A DNA stretch of 56,336 nucleotides, from IMG/VR virus record IMGVR_UViG_3300032605_000023, positions 1 to 56,336 of that record. The stretch is one strand, 5' to 3'. Made by a program: the position numbers and the translations under genes. The DNA is from a virus (taxonomy: Duplodnaviria > Caudoviricetes). Of the stretch, positions 7,739-16,615 are shown in pieces; within the stretch, counting starts at the first letter, position 1, and every line of letters starts with the position of its first letter. A model generated the notes under the pieces. That model was not told where the DNA came from and did not search any database. It was given only the letters and a program-made list of their open reading frames with translations.

Positions 7739-9184
7739 TTACTTTAGTTCTACATTATATGTTTTATAGTTGAATTTCTCCTCTGCGTATATTTTAATTC
7801 TCTCGATCAGATGAAGGAAAGTGTAATTCTTTTTGGATTTCCATGAAAAATCATCTGCAATATCATAAAGTGTTGCATTGACTTTCTCTGTGGATTTCCG
7901 AAGTACTCTCCCGATTGATTGGAGATTCCTTACTCTACTCTTTGAAGGTGATGTAAATATAACATTATGGAGATTGATAATATTTACACCAGTTGAAGTT
8001 GTTCCATAACTAGCAATTATAATAGCATTTTTATCTGTTTCGATTGTATGTCTGATTTCTTCTCTTTCATCACCCGAAACATCACCTGAAATAAAATATA
8101 CTTTTCTATCACCTGCTTCACTTTTAATTAGATCATACAAAGGTTTTCCATGTTTCTCTACAAATTGAAAAAGAACAAGTGTATTGCCTTGAAGGGAAAG
8201 TACTAGATTCTTGATGAATTTATTTCTCTTTGCATTTGTAACAATAAAATCAAGTTCTTTTTGATAATCAAACCCTACAACAAGTTTGCGTATTTCATCC
8301 GGATATTTAAGAATAATGGATTTAATAGTAAAATCTGCAGCATGTTTCTTCTCGATAAGTTCTGAAGTTGTAATGACTCTATGAACTGGTCCAAAGAGAC
8401 CTTCAAGAACAAGAGCATTACAGTTTGAACCATCAAGTGTTCCTGTAGTGCCAAACCGATACTTACAGTTGACAAGACCTGTCATAATAGAAGTGAGAGA
8501 TTTTGCTTTGAATAAATGTGCTTCGTCACCTATTACAAGATCAAAATCTTTAAAATATGCTTTAGGTTGTTTGAAAATTGATTGCCATGTAGAAATGATG
8601 ATTTGTTTATCAGATGTCTTTTCTACACCACCGACAACCTGATGTATCTCTATATCCGAAGGAAGCCCATAGTCAATGAAATCAGAAGTCATCTGACGGA
8701 CAAGAGAAATTGTAGGAACTATGATGAGTGTTTTGCAATTATAATATCTAGCAAGAAGATATATGATAAGTGATTTGCCAGAAGAAGTAGGAGAAAGAAG
8801 GAGAGCTCTATTTTTTCTTACGCCATGGACAAAAGCATCATATTGGTAATCCCTGGGTGTATGTTTAGGTTTAATGGATTCAACAAAGTTTTTTGCTTCG
8901 ATGAGAGAAAATTCTGTATCGGCATTTGAATAATCATATTCAATATCATAATTTCTTTTGGAACAAAAATCTTCCAGATTCTTGGTAAGACCTTTATACA
9001 AGAGACATGTCATTGGATTGAATAGTCTTATTTTTCCGTCCCACATTTTATTTCTATAAAGAGGTGTAAATTTAGCACCAGGGACATCGAATGTAAATCT
9101 TTCGGAAATTTCCATAGCAATAGAAGGATCACAAGATACCTTTACATATACTTCATCCTTTCCTTTTATAGTTACCAAATCCAT
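7739..9184 (-). CDS. uvsW: UvsW SF2 DNA/RNA helicase
   Basis: WDGKIRLF, PTSSGKS, DEAH, QSIGRVLR. Start placed at ATG 9184, coupled to the uvsY stop. Confidence 0.96.
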   Translation of the reverse strand: MDLVTIKGKDEVYVKVSCDPSIAMEISERFTFDVPGAKFTPLYRNKMWDGKIRLFNPMTCLLYKGLTKNLEDFCSKRNYDIEYDYSNADTEFSLIEAKNFVESIKPKHTPRDYQYDAFVHGVRKNRALLLSPTSSGKSLIIYLLARYYNCKTLIIVPTISLVRQMTSDFIDYGLPSDIEIHQVVGGVEKTSDKQIIISTWQSIFKQPKAYFKDFDLVIGDEAHLFKAKSLTSIMTGLVNCKYRFGTTGTLDGSNCNALVLEGLFGPVHRVITTSELIEKKHAADFTIKSIILKYPDEIRKLVVGFDYQKELDFIVTNAKRNKFIKNLVLSLQGNTLVLFQFVEKHGKPLYDLIKSEAGDRKVYFISGDVSGDEREEIRHTIETDKNAIIIASYGTTSTGVNIINLHNVIFTSPSKSRVRNLQSIGRVLRKSTEKVNATLYDIADDFSWKSKKNYTFLHLIERIKIYAEEKFNYKTYNVELK

Positions 9185-9621
9185 TACGATGCTCCCTGTG
9201 TCCACTTTATAAAGTCAAGTGCTGTTTTTAATAGATATCCTCTGTTGTTCAAAGATTTAATAATATTTTCAAGCATTTCAACTTTTTCTTGTTGTGTTCC
9301 AATTTTAAGTGATGCTGAAATAATATCAGGATCGGCATCAATATACATTGGTATATCTGCTTTAAGTATCAAACCTTTATCGGGTAATTCCCAACCTTTT
9401 TCCCTGGTCTCCTTGGTATGACCTTGTGTGTAAAATTCATACTTTTGAAGTTTTAGACTTTTGAATTGTGCTTCTAGAACACGAAGCATATTCTTTTCAG
9501 CAACATAAATTTTGTAATACTTGGAATGGAGATTTGGAATCTTAAGAGCTTCTTGATCAATCTCAGTTCTATCAAGATTAGAATCCACATCCCATTCGGC
9601 AATAATATCCTCAAACTTCAT
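9184..9621 (-). CDS. uvsY: UvsY recombination mediator
   Basis: EALKIPNLHSKY...YIDADPDI...NNRGYLLKTALDF; SD GAGG before ATG 9621. Confidence 0.9.
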   Translation of the reverse strand: MKFEDIIAEWDVDSNLDRTEIDQEALKIPNLHSKYYKIYVAEKNMLRVLEAQFKSLKLQKYEFYTQGHTKETREKGWELPDKGLILKADIPMYIDADPDIISASLKIGTQQEKVEMLENIIKSLNNRGYLLKTALDFIKWTQGAS

Positions 9622-9646
9622 AATCACCTCGAACCAAATAATTCAC

Positions 9647-9675
9647 ACTATATCACAAATATTATTAATTGTCAA
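9647..9675 (-). promoter_or_regulatory. sigma70-type promoter for uvsY-uvsW
   Basis: TTGACA-17 nt-TATAGT with TGn extension. Confidence 0.7.
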
Positions 9676-9678
9676 CAA

Positions 9679-10200
9679 CTATATGATTGGATCTATATCA
9701 AAAAGTGTGTATCTAAATTGTGCTGAAGCCGAAACATAATTTACATCCTGAGCATCTGATCTGAACTTTACATCTGAAAGGGAGATTGGAATACAATCAC
9801 GATATGTAATTTGATAATTTGGATTCTTTGTTCCATCAAGGATTGTCATCAGAATATCAGACTTTAGACCTGCAGCAGACATGACTGGTTGTGTTTCAAG
9901 ATTTGCATAATACTGATATTCTTGTTTACCCAATGATTTGAGCCAGGTAAAAATTTCCATATAGTTTTGAAGATCTTCATCGACCTTGAATGTGATTGAC
10001 AATTCATTATACATAATATGATCACCACCATATGGGATACGAACAAGTGGTGTAGGAACATTTAAAGGTCTTAAGGCCAAACCTGGAATATTACATTCTT
10101 GTATAAAAAAATTCACATGAGGTGCACGTTTCAATGAAAAAACAAAATTTAGTGGTGATAAAAAATTTGGGTTTCCTGGGGTTGAATCTATAGCTGTCAT
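9679..10200 (-). CDS. gp3: Tail completion / tube terminator protein
   Basis: NPNFLSPLNF, FKVDEDLQNYMEIFTW, PISLS; usual position next to uvsY. Confidence 0.88.
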   Translation of the reverse strand: MTAIDSTPGNPNFLSPLNFVFSLKRAPHVNFFIQECNIPGLALRPLNVPTPLVRIPYGGDHIMYNELSITFKVDEDLQNYMEIFTWLKSLGKQEYQYYANLETQPVMSAAGLKSDILMTILDGTKNPNYQITYRDCIPISLSDVKFRSDAQDVNYVSASAQFRYTLFDIDPII

Positions 10201-10227
10201 TGCAAAATCCTATGAGTTCTTTATAGA

Positions 10228-10239
10228 TATTTATAAATA
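10228..10239. promoter_or_regulatory. Palindromic bidirectional T4-type late promoter
   Basis: TATTTATAAATA contains TATAAATA on both strands, between divergent genes. Confidence 0.75.
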
Positions 10240-10270
10240 AATTGTAAACCGTTTCAGAGAGAACAGGAAT

Positions 10271-10657
10271 ATGCTTCAAAATCAATATAATCTGGATATG
10301 CAACAAGGCGTCACGTTCAAATTGAATGTAAATGTTGTTGATTATAATAATCAGCCAGTAAATATGACTAATTATACTGCTGCAATGAAGATCAGAACTA
10401 GTTATGCTAATTCGATTGCAACTGAATCCTTGTCAACTTCAAATGGTGAGATTTATATTCCTGGTTCTGCAAATAATGGTTGGATGACACTTACACTCCC
10501 TGCAAATCGTACTGCAAATGTGTATGTGAATTTAAGTGGCCCAGGTAATCCACCAAAGACTCAGTATGTATATGATCTTACACTTACATCAAATACAAAT
10601 ATTTCTTATAAAGTTCTATATGGAAATATTACTTTTTACGGTCAAGTAACAAGATAA
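10271..10657 (+). CDS. Small beta-rich virion structural protein; paralog of 30426..30752
   Basis: QQGVTF...PVNMTNYTAAMKIRTSY...LTLPANRTA...YVYDL matches DQGTTF...PIDLSTYTANSVFKKSY...LSMNAETTS...YVYDV. Confidence 0.7.
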   Translation: MLQNQYNLDMQQGVTFKLNVNVVDYNNQPVNMTNYTAAMKIRTSYANSIATESLSTSNGEIYIPGSANNGWMTLTLPANRTANVYVNLSGPGNPPKTQYVYDLTLTSNTNISYKVLYGNITFYGQVTR

Positions 10658-10893
10658 TGGGATTCATAATCCAAGATACTGAATATTATGCATGGGTAAA
10701 AATACCTGCAACTGAAACCGTAACATCTCATATACCAAAAACACCAACAGCAATATCATGGAATCTTACTGTTCCAAATATTAATAGTGTGAAATATATA
10801 ATGTATGCACCAGATTCAATAAAAGTTGCTTTGGCAAATAATGTTGTAAATGCTCTTCAACCAGGTTTTGCTGGAGTGTTATACGAAGAATAA
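10657..10893 (+). CDS. Hypothetical protein, probably structural
   Basis: 78 aa, TAATG-coupled to the preceding gene. Confidence 0.6.
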   Translation: MGFIIQDTEYYAWVKIPATETVTSHIPKTPTAISWNLTVPNINSVKYIMYAPDSIKVALANNVVNALQPGFAGVLYEE

Positions 10894-10917
10894 AAAAGGG
10901 GCAGTAATTGCCCCCTT
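10892..10917 (-). terminator. Intrinsic terminator between convergent genes
   Basis: Minus strand GGGGGCA-ATTAC-TGCCCCT followed by a T-run. Confidence 0.8.
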
Positions 10918-10955
10918 AAAGTTTGCGGCTTGAAACCGTCTTATGTTCTTTGCCT

Positions 10956-11555
10956 TCATTGAGCAAGTTCATTGTTATTTATCTTTTGTCGTCTTTTAAT
11001 CCAAGCAGCTTTTCTAGCTTCTGACTGTTTGGCTTTAAACTCTGGGTCTAACCAGAGCTGCTTGAATTTTTCTGAGTTCTGTTGCTTCCACTCTTCTGTG
11101 TGAGGCTTTTTCTTTATTTTACGAAGGGCTGCCTTATGTTCTTCAGTTAATGGTTTACCTTTCTTAGCAGCAGAAATCGCTGGTCCTCGGCTTGGTGGTG
11201 CTGGAACACTTTTACCTGTTTTAGAAAATGATATTTTTTGTCCAATAGTTTTTACGGATTCTGGGTATTGGTGCCAAAGGTTACCATTTTTTGTTTGTAT
11301 ATTATAATAACGTAATTTTTTTTCTTCGGGTTTTTGCATATCAAGATAACGTTGCTCTTCAGTATACATTTCTTCTCTATCTAAATTTGTTTTTATAATA
11401 CGTCTTTTAAAGTCTTCTTTTCTACGATTATATGAATTTCGCATCCATCTAGATGAACAAATATACCCATCATCAATAGTTCCCCAGTGACATCCAACAT
11501 AATATCTTTTATGTTTACGATCGAACCAAATATAAACAAACCCATATTTTTCCAT
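10956..11555 (-). mobile_element. Free-standing GIY-YIG (Seg-like) homing endonuclease with NUMOD3-like repeats
   Basis: GFVYIW...YYVGCH...YICSS...FKRRII...YYNI; C-terminal KGKPLTEEHKAAL and KPHTEEWK; SD GGAGG before ATG 11555. Sits just downstream of gp23, as T4 segD does. Confidence 0.85.
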
Positions 11556-11565
11556 ATTTGCCTCC

Positions 11566-11598
11566 AAAAGAAAAAGTCAGGAGTTTCCCCCTGACTTT
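11566..11598 (-). terminator. Intrinsic terminator after gp23
   Basis: AAAGTCAGG-GGGAAACT-CCTGACTTT followed by TTCTTTT. Confidence 0.8.
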
Positions 11599-11629
11599 AT
11601 TTAGTTTATAAATATGAGAAAACGAGTCC

Positions 11630-13066
11630 TCACATTAAATTATTAACAATTACTCTGCGGTAATAAAGGTTGGTTGTGGTAGTAAGAGCACCACGGCCAA
11701 CTGTTAGACCCTGAGCAAATGGATTGGCAACCATACCATAGCGAGTCTTGAAGCCAATCTTAGGCTGGAAGGTTGACTGATCGACTGCACGGACCATCTG
11801 TAGAGGAACATATGGGCAGTAGAATAGACCAGCATCAAAAGCAGAAGAACCACGATAACCAACAGTTAGGTAGTTACCACCGATTGCATATGGGTCGATG
11901 AAAACCTTTAGACGACCATTTAGAACACCAGCAAAGGTGTTGCCTGTATCATCAACCTGTAGGTTGTTGGAGTTTAGAGCAGGAGCATAATCTAGAACAC
12001 CGGCCATCTGTAGAGCAGAAGCAACATCAGATGAGCAGATAACTAGATTACCCTTGCCTCTACGAGTATCGCGGGCAATGTGGTTAGCTTCACGTTCTAG
12101 CTGGAACATTAGACCCTTGAACTTTTCAACAGACCAACGGCCGTTTGAGTCGGTGTCAAGGTCGAATACGCCGGCAGTTGTTGTATTATCAGCGGCGCCT
12201 TGCTGAGCAGTGATATTAATTGTGCGGATAACTTCACGATTAATTTCGGCAAGAATTTCAGCAGCTAGAATATTTGATAGTTCTGTTTCAGCATCTAGAC
12301 CATGAATGGCCTTTAGATCCTGAGCTAGTTCCATTGTATATTCGGCCTTTAGAGCACGGGTCTTAGCTGTAACCGTAACCTTCTCAATGGAGAAAGCCAT
12401 CTGGTCAAAAGCAATACCTGTATCAGTACCTAGAGATTCACCCTGTGCAGTTGTCATACCCTGTGCTGTGTTATAGTTAGCGGTATTGACTAGAGCAGAA
12501 GTGTTGGTCTGACCAGGAATTGTACCAGTGAAGTTCTGGCCAAATGTAGAGTTACCAGATAGGTAAGAAGAACCTGTGCCCTGGCCACCATTTGTAGAGT
12601 TAGCACCTGTGGCAGACCACATTGTGTTAACTTCATTGTAGAATGTTTCGTTGTTTGCAGTTGTATCACCGCCACCAGATGTATTAGATGTCTGGTTGCC
12701 ATAACGTGAACGCATTGCAAAGATTAGACCTGTTGGGCCTGTCATTGGCTGTGTGCCGCAAACATCATAAGACATTAGGTTTGGCATTGCGCGCCGAACT
12801 AGAGAAATCAACACTGGATCAAATGTGTCGATACCACCAGCACCTGCGGTTGAGCTTGAAGCGCCCATATTATTAACAGGTAGAGCAGAGGTTGTTTCAG
12901 TTAGAGTCTGGAACCCACCATGTGCAGCGGCTTCACGAAGTGCCTTTTCTGTGTTCTCTAGAACAATGGCAGTTGTTGATCTCCGATGTGCATCACGGAT
13001 AACGCCTAGATCGGGATGATCTAGAACAGGACCCCACTTATTCTGAATTTCTTCATTTAGATACAT
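11630..13066 (-). CDS. gp23: Major capsid protein
   Basis: FDPVLISLVRRAMPNL, QPMTGPTGLIFAMR, ELAQDLKAIHGLDAE, FYCPYVPLQM, QPKIGFKTRYG; ATG 13066 with SD AAGGA. Confidence 0.99.
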   Translation of the reverse strand: MYLNEEIQNKWGPVLDHPDLGVIRDAHRRSTTAIVLENTEKALREAAAHGGFQTLTETTSALPVNNMGASSSTAGAGGIDTFDPVLISLVRRAMPNLMSYDVCGTQPMTGPTGLIFAMRSRYGNQTSNTSGGGDTTANNETFYNEVNTMWSATGANSTNGGQGTGSSYLSGNSTFGQNFTGTIPGQTNTSALVNTANYNTAQGMTTAQGESLGTDTGIAFDQMAFSIEKVTVTAKTRALKAEYTMELAQDLKAIHGLDAETELSNILAAEILAEINREVIRTINITAQQGAADNTTTAGVFDLDTDSNGRWSVEKFKGLMFQLEREANHIARDTRRGKGNLVICSSDVASALQMAGVLDYAPALNSNNLQVDDTGNTFAGVLNGRLKVFIDPYAIGGNYLTVGYRGSSAFDAGLFYCPYVPLQMVRAVDQSTFQPKIGFKTRYGMVANPFAQGLTVGRGALTTTTNLYYRRVIVNNLM

Positions 13067-13101
13067 TTTGCTTTCCTTTCTAAATTGCAATTAAGTATAT
13101 G

Positions 13102-13109
13102 TATTTATT
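13102..13109 (-). promoter_or_regulatory. Late promoter variant upstream of gp23
   Basis: AATAAATA, one mismatch to TATAAATA. Confidence 0.55.
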
Positions 13110-13114
13110 AAAAT

Positions 13115-14200
13115 TTACTTCTTGACGGATCTAGAAATTGCCTGAACATATCTAGATACTTCTGGTGAGACGGTTGCGGAAGCATTACTATCATCACTTT
13201 CAAAGCTTTCGCTTAGAATATTAGAATCATATCTCTTTTGTTCAGCAAAATAGCTGTCCTTAATCCAAGCTAGTTTCTGCTTGAATACATCTAGGTTACC
13301 ATCAAACTGAATGCTCTCGGCAAGTGTGCCGAACTTTTCAGCCTGAACCATAGTTAGACCTTCACTTAGTTCTTCAAAAATTTCCTTTCTCTGAACAAAA
13401 GTTAGGTCACCCTTTAATTCTGTATTCTCTGAGATGACTTCATCAAGACGGCTTTCTAGCTGTTCAACCTTATAAGCTAGAGATTCAACTACATCAACTT
13501 TGGACTCAGGAATGTCAATATAGTGTTCTGTGAATAGATTACGAAGACCATCAATGAATTCTTCTGTTACTTCATTACGAAGTGAAGATTCAATAGCAAC
13601 CTCATTTTCCTTCATCCAAGTCTCAACAACATAATCTAGATAGGAATCTAGCTTACGTTCTAGAGATTCTGTGATTTCTTCAACTTCTTCCTGAAGACGT
13701 GCATCATATGCTTCTTCAAGACGAGCCATTTCGGTTGTAATACGAAGATTAACGGCAGCTTCAAATAGTGTTGAAGCCTTTTCCTTAAATTCTTCTGATA
13801 GATCCTGATCAGCAAACATTTCTTCAACGTCTTCACGCATTGCCTGACCAGGTGTGATATTAGCTAGCTTTGGCATTATATCATTTGCAGATGGACCAGC
13901 AGTGCCAGTAGCATGTGAAGGCTTCATACGAACTGAAGCTTCATTGCTCTTTTCATTGGCAGAAGCAGGAAGATGTGAAGCTTCCTTTCCAATTAGTTCC
14001 ATTGCCTTTGTGAACCAAGAAGTTAGATCATCCTTCTTCATAGCATGCATTGCATCAAGCACTGCAGTCATATGTTCGACCTTTGACTTTGGGTCTGGGC
14101 CAACAGGCATTGAATCTGGTTTTAATGAAGCTAGAGCAGCGGTTGAATCTTCTTCAATTTGCTCTAAATTTTCATCTAGATGTTCGGGTTTCTTTGACAT
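13115..14200 (-). CDS. gp22: Prohead core scaffold protein
   Basis: LSEEFKEKASTLFEAAV, DSYLDYVVETWMKENEVAIE, FTEHYIDIPESKVDVV. Confidence 0.95.
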   Translation of the reverse strand: MSKKPEHLDENLEQIEEDSTAALASLKPDSMPVGPDPKSKVEHMTAVLDAMHAMKKDDLTSWFTKAMELIGKEASHLPASANEKSNEASVRMKPSHATGTAGPSANDIMPKLANITPGQAMREDVEEMFADQDLSEEFKEKASTLFEAAVNLRITTEMARLEEAYDARLQEEVEEITESLERKLDSYLDYVVETWMKENEVAIESSLRNEVTEEFIDGLRNLFTEHYIDIPESKVDVVESLAYKVEQLESRLDEVISENTELKGDLTFVQRKEIFEELSEGLTMVQAEKFGTLAESIQFDGNLDVFKQKLAWIKDSYFAEQKRYDSNILSESFESDDSNASATVSPEVSRYVQAISRSVKK

Positions 14201-14233
14201 GCTTAAATGTCTCCTTTCGATATATTTCTAAGA

Positions 14234-14241
14234 TATTTATA
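14234..14241 (-). promoter_or_regulatory. T4-type late promoter
   Basis: Exact TATAAATA upstream of gp22. Confidence 0.75.
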
Positions 14242-14245
14242 ATTT

Positions 14246-14917
14246 TTATCTCTTTGACACCAACAAATTAATATATCCTTCAAAGATGGCAAGTTTGTTC
14301 TGTTCAACTTCATTCATTGTCATTTTTCTAATTGACTTCTTGATATTGTGAAGTTTTTCTTCCTTCCATGTACCATGGACTGGATCATAAATCCATTCAA
14401 CATTTTCCATTACACCATTCACAAATGCACCAGGAGCAGATGGATCAGCAACAATATCAGCAGCAGTAGCTAATTGATAATCTGGTTGAACAACCATTAC
14501 ACCATCTTTTGGTTCCAAAGAACCCATACCTCGAGAAGATACACCAAGCTTAGCACCAGAACTTAAAAGACCTTTTGCAATATTACCCATGGGTGTATCG
14601 GTAAGTTTTGCTTTACCAATAAAAGTGTGAGAATCACCATCGCGCTTTAAATCTGTAATAAGATGTGAAACTCTATCCAAATTGATTTGTGGACCTTGAG
14701 GATGTCCAAGTTCTCCATAACCGCGACCTTGACTGATATGACTGTCGTGATAAGCCTGAACGGCCTTTTCCATCACATGAATTGGATATGATCTACCGTT
14801 GCGATTAACTACCTCTGCTTGCATAAATGGTCCATGAATATAATGGACTTTCTCGCCATTTTCCTTTGCTTCAGAAATATATTCAATTTCCTCGAATAGT
14901 TCGGTAATCAGACGCAT
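14246..14917 (-). CDS. gp21: Prohead protease
   Basis: NRNGRSYP, GELGHP, GVSSRGMGSL, DIVADPSAPGAFV. Confidence 0.97.
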   Translation of the reverse strand: MRLITELFEEIEYISEAKENGEKVHYIHGPFMQAEVVNRNGRSYPIHVMEKAVQAYHDSHISQGRGYGELGHPQGPQINLDRVSHLITDLKRDGDSHTFIGKAKLTDTPMGNIAKGLLSSGAKLGVSSRGMGSLEPKDGVMVVQPDYQLATAADIVADPSAPGAFVNGVMENVEWIYDPVHGTWKEEKLHNIKKSIRKMTMNEVEQNKLAIFEGYINLLVSKR

Positions 14918-14953
14918 TTTTTTCTCTTTCTTATTGTTGACATTTACTATTTA

Positions 14954-16615
14954 TTAAGACATAGCTTCCTGTGCAATAAGTGTAGCACCCACGTTAGCAG
15001 AAACACCAGAAGGTGTAGAAACAGCAACAGTTAGAATATCTGGCTGATTCCCTCGGATGTTATTATAAAGAGCAAACACGTTAGTCAAATCAAATGTCTG
15101 GAGACCAGAACCACCAGCTGGACCGGTAAATGAATAGATAACTTCACCAGTATTAGGTGTCAATGCTGTAGCAGAAATATCTCTAGATGAAAGAGAGTTA
15201 AATGAACCAAGTGTATTCATAGGCACAAATGAAGCACCTGTCAATCCAACAGGATTTGTTGCGGTCGATACAATCAATTCTACGAAGCAAGTAGCATCAG
15301 AAGAAATGATTAGAGATTGTGGAAGAATCTGACCGCGATTGATTAGACCAATACCATATGTTGTTGCAGTATTGGGTGTATTTGCAATCGGTGCTGTATT
15401 GGAAATTAGGTCGTAAAAATAAACGGTGTTTGCTGTGTTGTTAGCAATACGAGCAGTAATATTTGTATTACCAGCACCAAGACCATAGAATGTGATAGCA
15501 CGACCAACAAACTGATTTGCCGTCCATGGTGTACCAGCAACCTGAATGAATGTTGTATTTGGTGCAGGAGATGCTACAATATTTGCCTGAGTACCAAGAG
15601 TCGATACAGAAAAGTAATTATTGGTAGTTGTATTATTAGCTTCTGTTCTGCCCATTGAAAGCATCTGGAAAGATGTAACGGGGAAACGTGTATTAGCTGC
15701 AGGAACATTTCGTCTTGGTGCGGCGCCAGACATACCATAGCCATATGTGAAACCACGTTGTGCATCCTGGCGATTTTCTACCATGACTGATACACCGAAA
15801 TGAACCAAAGCACTATTAGCTGTTGTTGCGCCAATATTTCTTTGTTCATATCTTACGGGTAGATTACCTGTTCTTGACCATGGGAATTGCTGTGGATTAC
15901 CAGTGTAGTTACCATTGCCTGCACCAACTTCATGAAGAACATAAGGCTCACCATTGAGCAAAATACCCCAACGAATTGTACCGGCACCATACCAAGCATA
16001 TTCCATCCAAAGCATTTGAATCTTTGTCCAGTCGATAAGTGAACCTACTGGATCACCATACCAATTTTCATAAGAAATCTTTGTATCTACAGGAAGTGAT
16101 GATATTGGCACACCTGTAGCAAGATTGACTGAACCTGCATCCGAACGAATGACACAATACATGCCTGATGGATTATTGGCTGTAACAGCACCTTGTTCAA
16201 AAAATATACCGTTTGAATCATCAAAGAATCCAACACGTTGGTAATTATTTGAAGTTGGTGCACCGAAATTAATTGCTGTGGCCATATACATTGTTTTGCC
16301 AGGCTGATAACGATGATATGGACGTGACTGACGGACTGTTAAATCACCTGCATTGTTACCAACAAGCATACGAACACCGCCCATACCAGGAAGCTGAACA
16401 ATACTTGCAAGACTTCCTGATGAAGCAGTGTTGACCGTATAGTTTTCCCACCGCATTGGTTGTGAACCATATTCAAAGTCTGCTTCATAGATATTCTGTG
16501 GCATAGAAATTTTCATTCTACCCACAACATCTCGTACTCTTGAAGGAAGGAGGAACGACTCTGGACGAGTCGTTTTCATTGTATAATTATTAGTGCTTAC
16601 TGGATATGTAGACAT
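14954..16615 (-). CDS. Large beta-rich putative virion (head-decoration-like) protein
   Basis: 553 aa rich in Asn/Thr/Gly, with RYQPGK, RVGFFD and WYGAGTIRWG motifs; lies inside the head operon. Confidence 0.55.
   Translation of the reverse strand: MSTYPVSTNNYTMKTTRPESFLLPSRVRDVVGRMKISMPQNIYEADFEYGSQPMRWENYTVNTASSGSLASIVQLPGMGGVRMLVGNNAGDLTVRQSRPYHRYQPGKTMYMATAINFGAPTSNNYQRVGFFDDSNGIFFEQGAVTANNPSGMYCVIRSDAGSVNLATGVPISSLPVDTKISYENWYGDPVGSLIDWTKIQMLWMEYAWYGAGTIRWGILLNGEPYVLHEVGAGNGNYTGNPQQFPWSRTGNLPVRYEQRNIGATTANSALVHFGVSVMVENRQDAQRGFTYGYGMSGAAPRRNVPAANTRFPVTSFQMLSMGRTEANNTTTNNYFSVSTLGTQANIVASPAPNTTFIQVAGTPWTANQFVGRAITFYGLGAGNTNITARIANNTANTVYFYDLISNTAPIANTPNTATTYGIGLINRGQILPQSLIISSDATCFVELIVSTATNPVGLTGASFVPMNTLGSFNSLSSRDISATALTPNTGEVIYSFTGPAGGSGLQTFDLTNVFALYNNIRGNQPDILTVAVSTPSGVSANVGATLIAQEAMS

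Noticed and set aside
162-9726. Many short plus-strand ORFs in the track (for example 162..380, 533..784, 2169..2600, 4878..5132)
   Set aside because: Antisense shadows of well-supported minus-strand genes, with no motifs. The same applies to similar ORFs across the structural region.
14937-14965. Plus-strand TTGACA upstream of gp21 as a third antisense promoter
   Set aside because: No acceptable -10 hexamer at 16-18 nt spacing.
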